From Myxococcota bacterium (lineage in GTDB: Bacteria > Myxococcota_A > UBA9160 > JAFDDA01): a stretch of DNA of 64,000 bases. The stretch lies in assembly GCA_965228475.1 (NCBI GenBank), contig OZ245817.1:3872001-3936000 (forward strand). The letters run 5' to 3'. A program made the translations under genes and the position numbers. Position 1 is the stretch's first letter, and each line of letters opens with the position of its first letter. Below the pieces are notes generated by a model that did not search any database, was not told the DNA's origin, and saw only the letters and a list, made by a program, of their open reading frames with translations. Below, in pieces: positions 10,056 to 20,043 of this stretch.

Positions 10056-11192
10056 ATGCAGAATTCCGCGCCCGCCTCGGCTCCGGTTGGCACACCGGCC
10101 GGGACCCCCCGAAATCAGTCCGAGAGCACCTCGCCCGACAAGAACTGGAAGAAGGTCGCCGCGGCCTACGCCCGGCCGGACTGGCCGCGGGCGCTCTGGC
10201 AGCTCGCCAACACCGCCGTGCCCTTCGCGGCCGTGTGGATCGCCGTCTGGCAGCTCTCGGAGATCTCCTGGTGGCTCGTGCCGCCGGTCTCGCTGCTCGG
10301 CTCGGGCCTGCTCATGCGGCTCTTCATCATCCAGCACGACTGCGGCCACTGCTCCTGGTCGCCGTCCCAGCGCTTCAACAACCTCGTCGGCGCGGCGATC
10401 GGCGTCCTCACGATCACGCCGTACTCCTACTGGCGGCGGGTCCACGGCATCCACCACGCCACCAACGGCGACCTCGACAACCGCATCGCCGGCGACATCC
10501 CGACCATCACCCTCGACGAGTACCTGGCCCGCGACCGCATGGGCCGCCTCCGCTACCGCATCTTCCGCTCGCCGGTCGTGCTGTTCCTGTGCGGTCCGAT
10601 CTACCAGTTCTTCCTGAAGTACCGCTTCCCCTACGAGGGACTCCCGGACCCGAAGGGCCCGTGCCTGCGCAGCGCGATGTGGACGAACGTCGCGATCGTC
10701 GGCCTCCTGGCCCTGCTCCACCCGGTGATGGGCTGGCAGAAGGCCCTCCTCATCCACTCGGTGATCCTCTTCCCGGGCCTCGTGCTCGGCGTCTGGCTCT
10801 TCTACATCCAGCACAACTTCGAGGAGACCTACTGGCGCCGGCACGGCCAGTGGGACTACGCCACGGCGGCGCTGCGCGGCAGCTCCTTCTACCAGATGCC
10901 GCGCCTGCTGAACTGGCTGACGGGGGACATCGCCGTCCACCACGTCCACCACCTGAACTCGCGCATCCCGAACTACCGGCTCCGCGAGGTCCTCGCGGAC
11001 CACCCGGAGCTCGAGGACGTGAGCCGCGTAGAGTGGTGGCCGAGCTTCCGCTGCGCGTTCCTCCACCTCTGGGACGACGAGACCCAGCAGATGGTGGGGT
11101 TCCGCACGGCCCACGCGCGCGAGCGCGCCGGCGAATGGGTGCCGTTCAGCCCTGCGAACCCGTCCGGTTCGTCGGCGACGGAGTCGGCCTAG
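10056..11192 (+). CDS. Membrane fatty acid desaturase
   Basis: Three His boxes HDCGH, HGIHH, HHVHH. Confidence 0.92.
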   Translation: MQNSAPASAPVGTPAGTPRNQSESTSPDKNWKKVAAAYARPDWPRALWQLANTAVPFAAVWIAVWQLSEISWWLVPPVSLLGSGLLMRLFIIQHDCGHCSWSPSQRFNNLVGAAIGVLTITPYSYWRRVHGIHHATNGDLDNRIAGDIPTITLDEYLARDRMGRLRYRIFRSPVVLFLCGPIYQFFLKYRFPYEGLPDPKGPCLRSAMWTNVAIVGLLALLHPVMGWQKALLIHSVILFPGLVLGVWLFYIQHNFEETYWRRHGQWDYATAALRGSSFYQMPRLLNWLTGDIAVHHVHHLNSRIPNYRLREVLADHPELEDVSRVEWWPSFRCAFLHLWDDETQQMVGFRTAHARERAGEWVPFSPANPSGSSATESA

Positions 11193-12204
11193 CCCCCGCA
11201 TCGCTCGTCTGCAGCGGAATCGGCCCGGAGTCTGAATCGCTCGTCTGCAGCGGAATCCGCTTGTAGCGGAGCTTCCAGGGCGGAGCCTCGGCCGGGGCGC
11301 CGTCGGCCTCCAGGTACGGATAGATGAAGTAGTTCAGCGGTTCGCCCGCCTGGCGCGGCGCGAGCACCAGATCACGCCCGATGTTGAACGCGATGCGGTC
11401 CGCGGGGATGCGGCCGAAGTACTGGTCGTGCAGGCCGCTCTTCGAGGCCTCGCTCGCGTCCATCGGAATCCAGCCGCGCTCGGGCAGGTGGATCTGGGCC
11501 CAGCAGTGATAGCCCGGGATCTCGCCTTCCTCGGCGCCCGGCGGGATCGGGAAGCCCATGACGAAGCGCGCGGGAATCCCCTGGCTCCGGGCCATGCCGA
11601 GCAGCACGGAATGGAAGTCGGTGCAGTTGCCGTACTTCGAGGCGCAGGCCCAGACGGCGTCGCCCTTCCCCCAGCCCTTGCCCTTCTTCGCGTACTTCAT
11701 GTTCTTCACGACGTAGTCGTACATGGCGCGCACCTTGGCGTCGGGCGTCTCGGCGTCCTCCGTCACCTTCTCGCCGAGGTCCGCGATGACGCCGCCGAGC
11801 GGGATGAGGCGGTCGGCTTCGAGGTGGCGTTCGGGCGCGTCCGGGCTGTCGCGGACGATCTCCTTCGACGGAAGCCCGGCGCTCGCCTCGCGGATGGCCT
11901 CGAAGCGGCCGGTCAAGCGTCCCGCGACGGGACCGGTGCCTTCCAGGTAGACCATCCGGTTCCCGCGATCGTCCCAGGTGACCTGGTGGGCCACCGGCGA
12001 TTCGATCGCGAGGTCGATCTCGTGCTGGTCGTAGGAGAAGTTCGGAAGCGGAACCCAGAGGCGCCACGGTCCCTCGGGGAGCTTCTCGAGCTCGACCTCG
12101 AACTGGAGTTCGTAGTGGGCGGGGTCGACCCAGGGGTCGAAGCCACGCGCCGGACCGGCGACGAAGAGGGCCGTGGCGACTGCGCAAAGAAGGATCGATT
12201 TCAT
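11146..12204 (-). CDS. Secreted transglutaminase-like domain protein
   Basis: Signal peptide; GNCTDFH, HCWA, WIPMD catalytic triad pattern. Confidence 0.85.
   Translation of the reverse strand: MKSILLCAVATALFVAGPARGFDPWVDPAHYELQFEVELEKLPEGPWRLWVPLPNFSYDQHEIDLAIESPVAHQVTWDDRGNRMVYLEGTGPVAGRLTGRFEAIREASAGLPSKEIVRDSPDAPERHLEADRLIPLGGVIADLGEKVTEDAETPDAKVRAMYDYVVKNMKYAKKGKGWGKGDAVWACASKYGNCTDFHSVLLGMARSQGIPARFVMGFPIPPGAEEGEIPGYHCWAQIHLPERGWIPMDASEASKSGLHDQYFGRIPADRIAFNIGRDLVLAPRQAGEPLNYFIYPYLEADGAPAEAPPWKLRYKRIPLQTSDSDSGPIPLQTSDAGARPTPSPTNRTGSQG
11200..11257. repeat. 22-bp direct repeat with 36-bp period
   Basis: ATCGCTCGTCTGCAGCGGAATC at 11200-11221 and 11236-11257. Confidence 0.9.
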
Positions 12205-12248
12205 GGGCGCGAAGCATACAATTCGTCGGGCCGGAGGAAATGGCCGCC

Positions 12249-12767
12249 ATGGCGCTGACCCTTCATTTGCTGCGACACGCGAAGTCGAGCTGGGCCGACC
12301 CCGGCCAGTCGGACCACGACCGCCCCCTGAACTCCCGGGGACGGAAGGCGGCCACGGCGATGGGCGAATTCCTGGCCCGGGAGGGGCCGGCCCCGGACCG
12401 GGTGCTCTGCTCCTCCGCCGTCCGGACGCAGGAGACCCTCGAGCGCGTGAGCGCGGCCTTCGCCCGGAGCCCCGCCGTCGCCATCGAGGAGGGCCTCTAT
12501 CTCGCCTCGGCGGGCGAGCTGCACGCCTTCATCCGCCGCCAGAAGGCCCGCACGGCCTGCCTGCTCGTGATCGCCCACAACCCGGGCATCGGGGACCTGG
12601 CACTCGGCCTCGCGGGCAGCGGCGAGGAGGAGCCCTGGCACAGGATGCGGCAGAAGTACCCGACGGCCGCGCTCGCGACGCTCCGCTTCGAGATCGAAAG
12701 TTGGGCGGAAGCCGCCGTCTCCGGCGGCGAGCTCGTGCGCTTCGTGGTCCCGCGCGAACTCGTCTAG
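12249..12767 (+). CDS. SixA-like histidine phosphatase
   Basis: RHAKS, DHDRPL..RG, SSAVRT.ET, AHNPG. Confidence 0.88.
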   Translation: MALTLHLLRHAKSSWADPGQSDHDRPLNSRGRKAATAMGEFLAREGPAPDRVLCSSAVRTQETLERVSAAFARSPAVAIEEGLYLASAGELHAFIRRQKARTACLLVIAHNPGIGDLALGLAGSGEEEPWHRMRQKYPTAALATLRFEIESWAEAAVSGGELVRFVVPRELV

Positions 12768-12849
12768 GCAGGCGCGAGAAAGCCCGGCGGCTTGGCCTAC
12801 ACTGCGCCGCGGTGGCCGTTCGCGGGAGCCCGCCACCCAGGAGACGCCG

Positions 12850-13638
12850 ATGATCCTCGACCAGTTCAAGCTCGACGACCAGGTCTGCCTCGTGACCGGC
12901 GCGAGCCGCGGCATCGGGCGCGGCATCGCCCGGGGCTTCGCCGAAGCGGGCGCCCACGTCGTGGGCGCGGCGCGCTCGGAGGAGACCCTCGCCGAGCTCG
13001 TCGCGGAGGTCGAGGGGCTCGGCCGCAAGGCCCTGGCCGTCCCGTGCGACGTGAACGACCCGGCGAGCCTCGACGCGCTCGTGAAGCAGGCGCTCGACCA
13101 GTTCGGCCGGATCGACGTGCTGGTGAACAACGCCGGCGGAACGCCGCCGACCCCCCTCCTCCAGCTCGAGAACGAGAAGTTCGAGGAGGCCTTCCACTTC
13201 AACGTGACCACGGCCATGCACCTCTCGCGCGAGTGCGTGCGCCACATGGTCGAGCGCGGCGAGGGCGGCTCGATCATCAACATCAGCTCGGGCCTCTCGC
13301 ACATGGTCGAGCCGGGCTTCGTCGCGTACGGAACGGCCAAGGCGGCGCTCTCGCACATGACGCGCCTCATGGCCCACGAGCTGGCGCCCCACGTCCGGGT
13401 GAACGCCCTGGCCGTCGGCGCGACGCTGACGGACTCCCTCGGCATGTTCCTGAACGAAGACATCCAGAAGCAGATGTGCGATCTCACGCCGATGGGACGG
13501 CTCGGCACCGTCGAGGACATCGCCCAGGCGGTGCTCTACCTCGCCGCGCCGGCCTCGTCCTGGATGACCGGCAAGATCCTCGAGATCGACGGCGGCACCG
13601 TCGCCTCGAACTGGCCGATCAAGATCCCCGCCTTTTGA
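12850..13638 (+). CDS. SDR family oxidoreductase
   Basis: TGASRGIG, NNAG, YGTAK. Confidence 0.92.
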   Translation: MILDQFKLDDQVCLVTGASRGIGRGIARGFAEAGAHVVGAARSEETLAELVAEVEGLGRKALAVPCDVNDPASLDALVKQALDQFGRIDVLVNNAGGTPPTPLLQLENEKFEEAFHFNVTTAMHLSRECVRHMVERGEGGSIINISSGLSHMVEPGFVAYGTAKAALSHMTRLMAHELAPHVRVNALAVGATLTDSLGMFLNEDIQKQMCDLTPMGRLGTVEDIAQAVLYLAAPASSWMTGKILEIDGGTVASNWPIKIPAF

Positions 13639-14075
13639 CGGATCCGGAGAAGCTCCGCACGACCTTCGCTGCAACCTTCGGAGTCGGCGATGCTTCCTTC
13701 CGCGCGGCCGGCGGCGTCGAGGGCATCGAGCGCCTCGCCGACGACTTCTACCGCGTCATGGAGGAGTGGCCCGAGGCGCGGACCATCCTCGGCATGCATC
13801 CGCCCGACCTCACGGAGGCCCGCGACCGGCTCGCGCGCTTTCTCTCGGGCTGGCTCGGCGGACCGAGCCGCTACGCCGAGAAGTACGGCTCGATCAGCAT
13901 CCCCGGCGCCCACGCGCACCTTCCGATCGAAGCCGAAGACCGCGACGCCTGGCTCGGCTGCATGGAGCGCGCGATCGCCCGCCAGCCCTACGAGCCGGAG
14001 TTCGCCGCCTACCTGTTGGCCCAGCTCGCCATTCCGGCCGAGCGGATCCGCCAGGTCTGCGAAGGCGAGGACTGA
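13635..14075 (+). CDS. Group II truncated hemoglobin
   Basis: GG.EGIERL..DFY, FLSGWLGGP..Y, H.HLPI, WL.CM; TTG start overlapping the SDR stop. Confidence 0.85.
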   Translation: MTDPEKLRTTFAATFGVGDASFRAAGGVEGIERLADDFYRVMEEWPEARTILGMHPPDLTEARDRLARFLSGWLGGPSRYAEKYGSISIPGAHAHLPIEAEDRDAWLGCMERAIARQPYEPEFAAYLLAQLAIPAERIRQVCEGED

Positions 14076-14090
14076 GCCCGCCCCGAACGC

Positions 14091-15344
14091 CTAGGTATCG
14101 ACGTCCGCCTCGCCCTCGGAGCGCGCGATGATCGCGGCGCCGCAGGAATCGCTGAAGACGTTGACGGCGGTGCGGCCCATGTCGAGGGGGCGGTCGATCG
14201 CGAGCATCGCGCCGACGATCAGCTCCACCTCGGGCCCGCGCAGGTTCACGGACTCGAGCACCAGGAAGATGATCACGAGGCCCGCCGAGGGCACCGCCGC
14301 CGCCCCGATCGAGGCGAGCAGCGCCGTCACCACGACCACGAGCTGCTGCGACATGCTGAGGTCGACCCCGAGCACCTGGGCGATGAACAGGACCCCGGCG
14401 CACTCGTAGAGCGCCGTGCCGTCCATGTTCACCGTCGCGCCCATGGGCAGCACGAAGGACGTGATGCGGTTCGAGACCCCGACCTTCTGCTCGACGGCGC
14501 GGATCGTGACGGGAAGCGTCGCCGCCGAGGACGACGTCGAGAACGCCATCGTCAGCGGGTTCACCATGTTGCGGAAGTGGATGCGCGGGTCGATGCCGCC
14601 GAGAAATCGCAGCAGCAGCGGCAACGAAACGAACAGGTGGATCGCCAGCCCGAGGGCGATGGTCAGCATGTAGAGCGCGAGGGCCTGGAACGCCTCGAGA
14701 CCCGAGGTCCCCGCCACGCGCGCGATCAGCGCGAACACGCCGATCGGCGCGAGCCGGATGATGCCGGAGGTCAGCGCCATCATGGCCTCGAAGGCGCTCT
14801 GGAAGAATCCGACGATGCGCTCGCGATGCTCGTCCGGCAGGCCGCCCGTCGCGATCCCGAACAGGATGCAGAAGAAGATCACGGCCAGCATGTCGGGCTT
14901 GGCCGCGGCGTCGACGACGTTCAGCGGCACCATGTCGAAGAAGAGGTCCGTCACCGAGCTCGGCGTCGAGAGTTCGGGGATCGCCTTGCCCTGGGTTCCG
15001 GCGATGTTCGCGCCCTCGCCCGGCGTGAGGAGATTCACGACGAACAGGCCCGTCAGCACCGCGAGGGCGCTCGAGAGCACGTAGTAGCCGAGCGTCTTGC
15101 CGAACAGGCGGCCGAAGTTCCGTCCGCCGCCGAGCGAAGCGACGCCGGTGATGATCGACGTCACCACGAGCGGGATGATGATCATCTTGAGGAGACGCAC
15201 GAACAGCGTGCCGATCCAGCCGACGCGCTCGGCCACCGCTTCGCCGCCGGCGAGGCCCGCCACGAGGCCGGCGCCCATGCCGATGAAGATCTGCCAGTGG
15301 AGGCGTCGGAACCAGGGAAGCTCGCTCGGGTCGGGTGCGCTCAC
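14091..15344 (-). CDS. Dicarboxylate/amino acid:cation symporter (DAACS, GltP-like)
   Basis: FSTSSSAATLP, GATVNMDGT, DRPLDMGRTAVN. Confidence 0.93.
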   Translation of the reverse strand: MSAPDPSELPWFRRLHWQIFIGMGAGLVAGLAGGEAVAERVGWIGTLFVRLLKMIIIPLVVTSIITGVASLGGGRNFGRLFGKTLGYYVLSSALAVLTGLFVVNLLTPGEGANIAGTQGKAIPELSTPSSVTDLFFDMVPLNVVDAAAKPDMLAVIFFCILFGIATGGLPDEHRERIVGFFQSAFEAMMALTSGIIRLAPIGVFALIARVAGTSGLEAFQALALYMLTIALGLAIHLFVSLPLLLRFLGGIDPRIHFRNMVNPLTMAFSTSSSAATLPVTIRAVEQKVGVSNRITSFVLPMGATVNMDGTALYECAGVLFIAQVLGVDLSMSQQLVVVVTALLASIGAAAVPSAGLVIIFLVLESVNLRGPEVELIVGAMLAIDRPLDMGRTAVNVFSDSCGAAIIARSEGEADVDT

Positions 15345-15358
15345 GCTGCGACCCTACT

Positions 15359-15417
15359 GGCTCGCTTGCGCTTTGCGCAAGGAGGGGCTCGCTTGCGTTT
15401 TGCGCAAGGAGGGGCTC
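15359..15417. repeat. 27-bp tandem repeat with internal palindrome
   Basis: GGCTCGCTTGCG(C/T)TTTGCGCAAGGAGG twice plus GGCTC; internal CTTGCGC-TTT-GCGCAAG. Confidence 0.85.
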
Positions 15418-15470
15418 ACGAGCGCCGGGCGCAACCAGAAGGCCCGGGGGCGGAGTGGTAGATTCCCGGG

Positions 15471-17702
15471 ATGCAGCCGGGCCGGGCCAGCGTGGAGCAC
15501 GAAGTCGTCCTGGTGGGCGCCGGGCACGCCCACGTCCAGATCCTGCGCCGCTTCATGATGAAGCCGGTCCCGGGCGTCCGGGTGACGGTCGTCCTGGACC
15601 GCCCCGAGGCGGTCTACTCGGGCATGGTGCCGGGCTTCGTCGCGGGCCAGTACACGGCCCACGACCTCACGATCGACCCCGTGCCGCTGGCGCGCCGCGC
15701 GGGGGCGCGCGTCGTCCTCGCCCCGGCCACGCGGGTGGACGCCGGCGCGCGCCGGATCGAACTCGAAGGCCGCCCCTCCCTCGCCTACGACGTCGCGAGC
15801 CTCGACGTCGGCTCGAGCGTTCGCGGGCTCGAGCTGCCCGGCGTCCGCGAGCACGCGCTGGCCACGCGGCCGATCGGCGGCCTGGTCGCGGGGGTCGAAG
15901 CGGCGATCGCACGGGCCCGCGCGGCCCGGGGTGAAGCGCCGCTCCGGATCGCGGTGGTCGGGGCGGGCGCTGCGGGCGTCGAGCTCGCCTTCTGCCTGGG
16001 TGCGAGGCTCCGCCGGGAGCGCGTCGCCCACGCGACGTCCGTCTTCACCGCGGGCGACGAACTCCTGCCCGGCCAGCCCGCCCGGGTCCGCGACCGCCTC
16101 GCCCGTCTCCTCGCCGCGGAAGGCATCACGCTCCGGACGGGCTTCGCCGCGACCGCGGTCGAGAAGGATGCGCTGCACGGCTCGGTCGGAGGAAGCGCCG
16201 TCGTCGAGCCGGTGGACCTCGTCGTCTGGGCGGCCGGTGCGGCCCCGTCGGAGCTCCTGCGCGAATCCACCCTGCCCGCGACCGAGGCCGGCTTCCTCCG
16301 GGTGCGCGAAACGCTCCAGGTCGTCGACCAGGATGCCCTCTTCGCCGTCGGCGACTGCGCATGGCTCGACGCCCATCCCTGGATGCCGCGCGCAGGCGTC
16401 CACGCCGTGCGCGAGGGTCCGACCCTCGACCACAACCTGCGCGCGCTCCTCGCGGGGCGCCCGCTGCGCAACCACGAACCCCAGCGCGACTTCCTCACCC
16501 TGCTGAACCTCGGCGAGGGCCGCGCCTTCGGCATGAAGTGGGGCCTTGCCGTCGAGGGCCGCGCGGTCTTTCGCCTGAAGGACGCGATCGACCGGCGCTT
16601 CATGCGCCGCTTCCAGGTGCTCGACGAAGCGGGCGCACCGAGCGCGCACTTCCCCTCGGCCGAAGCCATGGGCATGGACGCCGAAGAGATGGCCTGCGGC
16701 GGCTGCGCGGCCAAGGTCGGCGCGCGGCCCCTCGAGGCAGCCCTGGCCCGGCTCCCGGCGCCGCCCGAGGACGCCTCGGTCCTGCTCGGCCTCGAAACCC
16801 CCGACGATGCGGCGCTCGTCGCCGGCCCGGGCGGCGGCGCCACGCTCACCACCATCGACGGCTTCCGCCCTTTCACCGACGACCCGTTCCTCGTCGGGCG
16901 CGTGGCCGCGATCAACGCCGCCTCGGACGTCCTGGCCAAGGGCGGAACGCCGCGCCACGCACTGGCGCTCGTGACCGTCCCGCCCGATGCCGAAGCCGAG
17001 ACCCTCGCCCAGGTCCTGGCCGGCGTGCGCGCCGCCCTCGACCCGCTCGGAGCGAGCCTCGTCGGCGGTCACACGACGGCGGGCGAGGAGCTCTTCGTCG
17101 CACTCTCGATCCTCGGCGCCGTCGAGGAGGACGCCACGCTGCTCCCGCTCTCGGGAGGGCGGCCCGGCGACGCCCTGATCCTGACGCGCGCGCTCGGCAC
17201 CGGCGTGATCCTCGCCGCGGACATGCAGGGCCGCGCCCGGGGGCCGTGGGTCGCCGAGACGCACCGGCAGATGGTGCGCCCGAACCCGCGCGCCCGCGGA
17301 GCCCACGCTGCGACGGACGTCTCGGGGTTCGGTCTCGCCGTCCACCTCGGGGAACTCGCCGAGGCGAGCGGCGTCGGCGCGCGCGTCCGGCTCGGCGCCC
17401 TTCCCCTGCTGCCCGGCGCCGAGGCGCTGTTCGCCGCGGGCCTGCGCAGCACGGCCCACCCGCAGAACGTCGCGGCGGCGAAGGTCCGCGCCGAGCCCCC
17501 CGCCGCCGACGACCCGCGCCTGGCCGCGCTCTTCGACCCCCAGACCTCGGGCGGCCTGCTGCTCGCGACCGGCCCCGAGCAGACCGAAGCGACGCTCGCG
17601 CGGCTCCACGCCGAGGGCCATCGCGACGCCTGCGTGATCGGCGAGCTCGTGCCCTTCGTGAGCTCGAGCGGCTCAGGCCCGCGCATCGACGTTCAACCTT
17701 GA
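15471..17702 (+). CDS. selD: Selenide,water dikinase fused to an N-terminal FAD/NAD(P) oxidoreductase domain
   Basis: GAGHAH, GAGAAGVE N-terminal domain; CGGCAAKV, DDAA, GGHT, TDVSGFGL, DPQTSGGLL. Confidence 0.92.
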   Translation: MQPGRASVEHEVVLVGAGHAHVQILRRFMMKPVPGVRVTVVLDRPEAVYSGMVPGFVAGQYTAHDLTIDPVPLARRAGARVVLAPATRVDAGARRIELEGRPSLAYDVASLDVGSSVRGLELPGVREHALATRPIGGLVAGVEAAIARARAARGEAPLRIAVVGAGAAGVELAFCLGARLRRERVAHATSVFTAGDELLPGQPARVRDRLARLLAAEGITLRTGFAATAVEKDALHGSVGGSAVVEPVDLVVWAAGAAPSELLRESTLPATEAGFLRVRETLQVVDQDALFAVGDCAWLDAHPWMPRAGVHAVREGPTLDHNLRALLAGRPLRNHEPQRDFLTLLNLGEGRAFGMKWGLAVEGRAVFRLKDAIDRRFMRRFQVLDEAGAPSAHFPSAEAMGMDAEEMACGGCAAKVGARPLEAALARLPAPPEDASVLLGLETPDDAALVAGPGGGATLTTIDGFRPFTDDPFLVGRVAAINAASDVLAKGGTPRHALALVTVPPDAEAETLAQVLAGVRAALDPLGASLVGGHTTAGEELFVALSILGAVEEDATLLPLSGGRPGDALILTRALGTGVILAADMQGRARGPWVAETHRQMVRPNPRARGAHAATDVSGFGLAVHLGELAEASGVGARVRLGALPLLPGAEALFAAGLRSTAHPQNVAAAKVRAEPPAADDPRLAALFDPQTSGGLLLATGPEQTEATLARLHAEGHRDACVIGELVPFVSSSGSGPRIDVQP

Positions 17703-18760
17703 GGCGAGGCGCTCGCACTTCCGCCTGGGTCGCCCTCCTCCTCGCGACGGCGCTCGGTTCTCCCGCGCTCGGCACCGACCCGGCGCGGCCCGCCCTCGAT
17801 GCGGAAGCCCCCCCGGCCTACCTGCTCGACGAGCCCGGCACGGTCGAGATCTCCCCCGAAGCCTGGTCCGCGAACCCCGGCCGCTTCGACTTCCTGCCGG
17901 GCGAGCGGCTCGACTTCGCCATCCGCTACCTCGGGGTCCCGATCGGCCGGGTCTGGCTCGAGGTCGCGCGCTTCGTCGAATGGGAAGGACGCCGCGTCGC
18001 GCACCTCGTGGCCGGCGCGAAGACGAATGCCTTCTGGTCGACGTTCTACCGCATCGACGACCGCTCCGAAGCCTTCGTCGACCTCGACCGGGCCGTCACC
18101 CTGCGCACCCGCACCCACACGCTCCACGGCCGGCGCCACGAAGTCTTCGAACAGATCGACTTCGACTGGGACACCCACTTCGTCCACATCCGGGAAGAGA
18201 AACGCCACCGAAGCCGCCTGCGGGAAGAGGGCTTCGACTTCGGCCCCTTCGTCCACGACCCCTTCGATCTCTTCTACGTGCTGCGCTCCCTGCCCCTCGG
18301 GCTCGAGACGAGCGCGCGCTTCCCCGTCTACGCCAACCGCAAGATCTACGCGTTCCACGTCGACGTGATCCGCAAGGAAACCCTCGAGGACGGCCCGCTC
18401 GGCCCGGGCGAAGTCTTCGTCCTCCGGCCCTACGACCTGCTCGACGGGGAACCCGCCGGGAGCGGCGCCGGGGAGGTCTTCGTGCGCGACGATGCGCGCC
18501 GCCTGCCGGTGCGGCTCGTCGGCTGGTTCCGCACGACGAGCCACTTCCGCGTCGCCGGCATCCGCGCGGACCTCGTGGCGTACCGCGAGCGCCTCCCGGG
18601 CTGGCCCGCGCCGCCGCCGCTCCGGCCGCGCCGGGACCCGCCGGTGATCGAGCCGAGCGAGGACGGCCGCCCGCAGTGGACGCCGCCCGCCGCGGTCCGC
18701 GAAGCGCGGGAACGGCGCGGCACCGCCCCCTACCACCGCAAGACGGATCTTTCCGGGTAG
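17699..18760 (+). CDS. DUF3108-like exported protein
   Basis: Signal peptide; 'PGERLDFAIRYLGVPIG', 'FYRIDDR', 'DDARRLPV'. Confidence 0.7.
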   Translation: MRRGARTSAWVALLLATALGSPALGTDPARPALDAEAPPAYLLDEPGTVEISPEAWSANPGRFDFLPGERLDFAIRYLGVPIGRVWLEVARFVEWEGRRVAHLVAGAKTNAFWSTFYRIDDRSEAFVDLDRAVTLRTRTHTLHGRRHEVFEQIDFDWDTHFVHIREEKRHRSRLREEGFDFGPFVHDPFDLFYVLRSLPLGLETSARFPVYANRKIYAFHVDVIRKETLEDGPLGPGEVFVLRPYDLLDGEPAGSGAGEVFVRDDARRLPVRLVGWFRTTSHFRVAGIRADLVAYRERLPGWPAPPPLRPRRDPPVIEPSEDGRPQWTPPAAVREARERRGTAPYHRKTDLSG

Positions 18761-18810
18761 CGCCGTCCCGCACACGCCGCCGGTGATAGAATGCGCTCCG
18801 AGGAGGTTTC

Positions 18811-20031
18811 ATGGCGCGGCCCGAAGACGTCGGACTCTCGAGCGAGCGGCTCGCCCGCATCGACGACCACCTGAAGCGGCGATACATCGACCCGGGCAAG
18901 ATCGCGGGCGCCCTGACCACCGTCTGGCGCCGGGGGCAGCTCGCCTACCAGTCGCCGATCGGCATGGCAGACCTCGAGCGCGGCCGCCCGATGCGCGAGG
19001 ACACGATCTTCCGCATCTACTCGATGACGAAGCCGATCACCTCGATCGCCCTCATGCAGCTCTACGAACGCGGCGACTTCCAGCTGAACGACCCGGTGCA
19101 CCGCTTCATCCCCTCCTGGCGGGACCTCGGGGTCTTCCAGATGGGGAGCTTCCCGGCGTTCCTGACGAGACCCTGCGATCGCCCGATGACCGTCCACGAT
19201 CTCCTCACCCACCAGTCGGGCCTGACCTACGGCTTCCTCCACCAGAGCAACGTCGACCACGCCTACCGCAAGCTCGGCATCGGTGACCTCGAGCGCACGC
19301 AGGACACCCTTGCCGAGACGTGCGAGAAGCTCGCGCGCGTGCCACTCGAGTTCTCCCCGGGGACGGCCTGGAACTACTCCGTCGCGACGGACATCTGCGG
19401 CCACCTCGTGGAACTCATCAGCGGCGAGCCCTTCGACGCCTACCTCCAGCGCCACGTCTTCGACCCGCTCGGCATGGAAGACACCGGCTTCTTCGTGCCG
19501 CCGGAGAAGGCCGACCGCCTGGCGAGCTGCTACGAGCGCGGCCCGGGCAAGAAGCTCCGCGTGCAGGACGACGCCACGACGAGCCCGTACCTCGAGAAGC
19601 CGAACTTCCTCTCGGGCGGCGGTGGCCTCGTCTCGACGGCGGCGGACTACCTGCGCTTCTGCCGCATGCTGCTCGGCCAGGGAGCGCTCGAAGGCGAACG
19701 CGTGATCGGCCGGAAGACCCTCGAGCTGATGACACGCAACCACCTGCCCGGCGGCGTGGACCTCCAGGAGCGCGCCCTCGGCGGCTTCAGCGAGAGCCCC
19801 TACGCGGGCGTCGGCTTCGGGCTCGGCTTCTCGGTGCAGATCGACAACGCGAAGGGCGCGGTGGTCGGATCCGAGGGCGAGTTCGCCTGGGGCGGCGCGG
19901 CGAGCACCGCGTTCTGGGTCGATCCCTCGGAGGAGCTGATCGTGCTCTACCTGACCCAGTTCATGCCGTCGCGGACGTTCAACTTCCGCGGGCAGCTGAA
20001 GGCCATCGTCTACGGCGCGATCGACGACTGA
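18811..20031 (+). CDS. Serine hydrolase, beta-lactamase class C-like family
   Basis: SMTK, LLTHQSGL, WNYS, WGGAAST. Confidence 0.9.
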   Translation: MARPEDVGLSSERLARIDDHLKRRYIDPGKIAGALTTVWRRGQLAYQSPIGMADLERGRPMREDTIFRIYSMTKPITSIALMQLYERGDFQLNDPVHRFIPSWRDLGVFQMGSFPAFLTRPCDRPMTVHDLLTHQSGLTYGFLHQSNVDHAYRKLGIGDLERTQDTLAETCEKLARVPLEFSPGTAWNYSVATDICGHLVELISGEPFDAYLQRHVFDPLGMEDTGFFVPPEKADRLASCYERGPGKKLRVQDDATTSPYLEKPNFLSGGGGLVSTAADYLRFCRMLLGQGALEGERVIGRKTLELMTRNHLPGGVDLQERALGGFSESPYAGVGFGLGFSVQIDNAKGAVVGSEGEFAWGGAASTAFWVDPSEELIVLYLTQFMPSRTFNFRGQLKAIVYGAIDD

Positions 20032-20043
20032 TCCCCGCGGCCG

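Noticed and set aside
7237..10617. Very long alternative-frame or antisense ORFs (also 51039-54593, 47225-50203, 23900-26206 and others)
   Set aside because: Shadow ORFs typical of high-GC DNA; they overlap well-supported genes and lack motifs
16690..16715. Selenocysteine in SelD itself
   Set aside because: Active-site motif is encoded as Cys (CGGC) with no in-frame TGA
18811..20031. True beta-lactam resistance gene
   Set aside because: No signal peptide and the motifs fit the broad esterase-type serine hydrolase group
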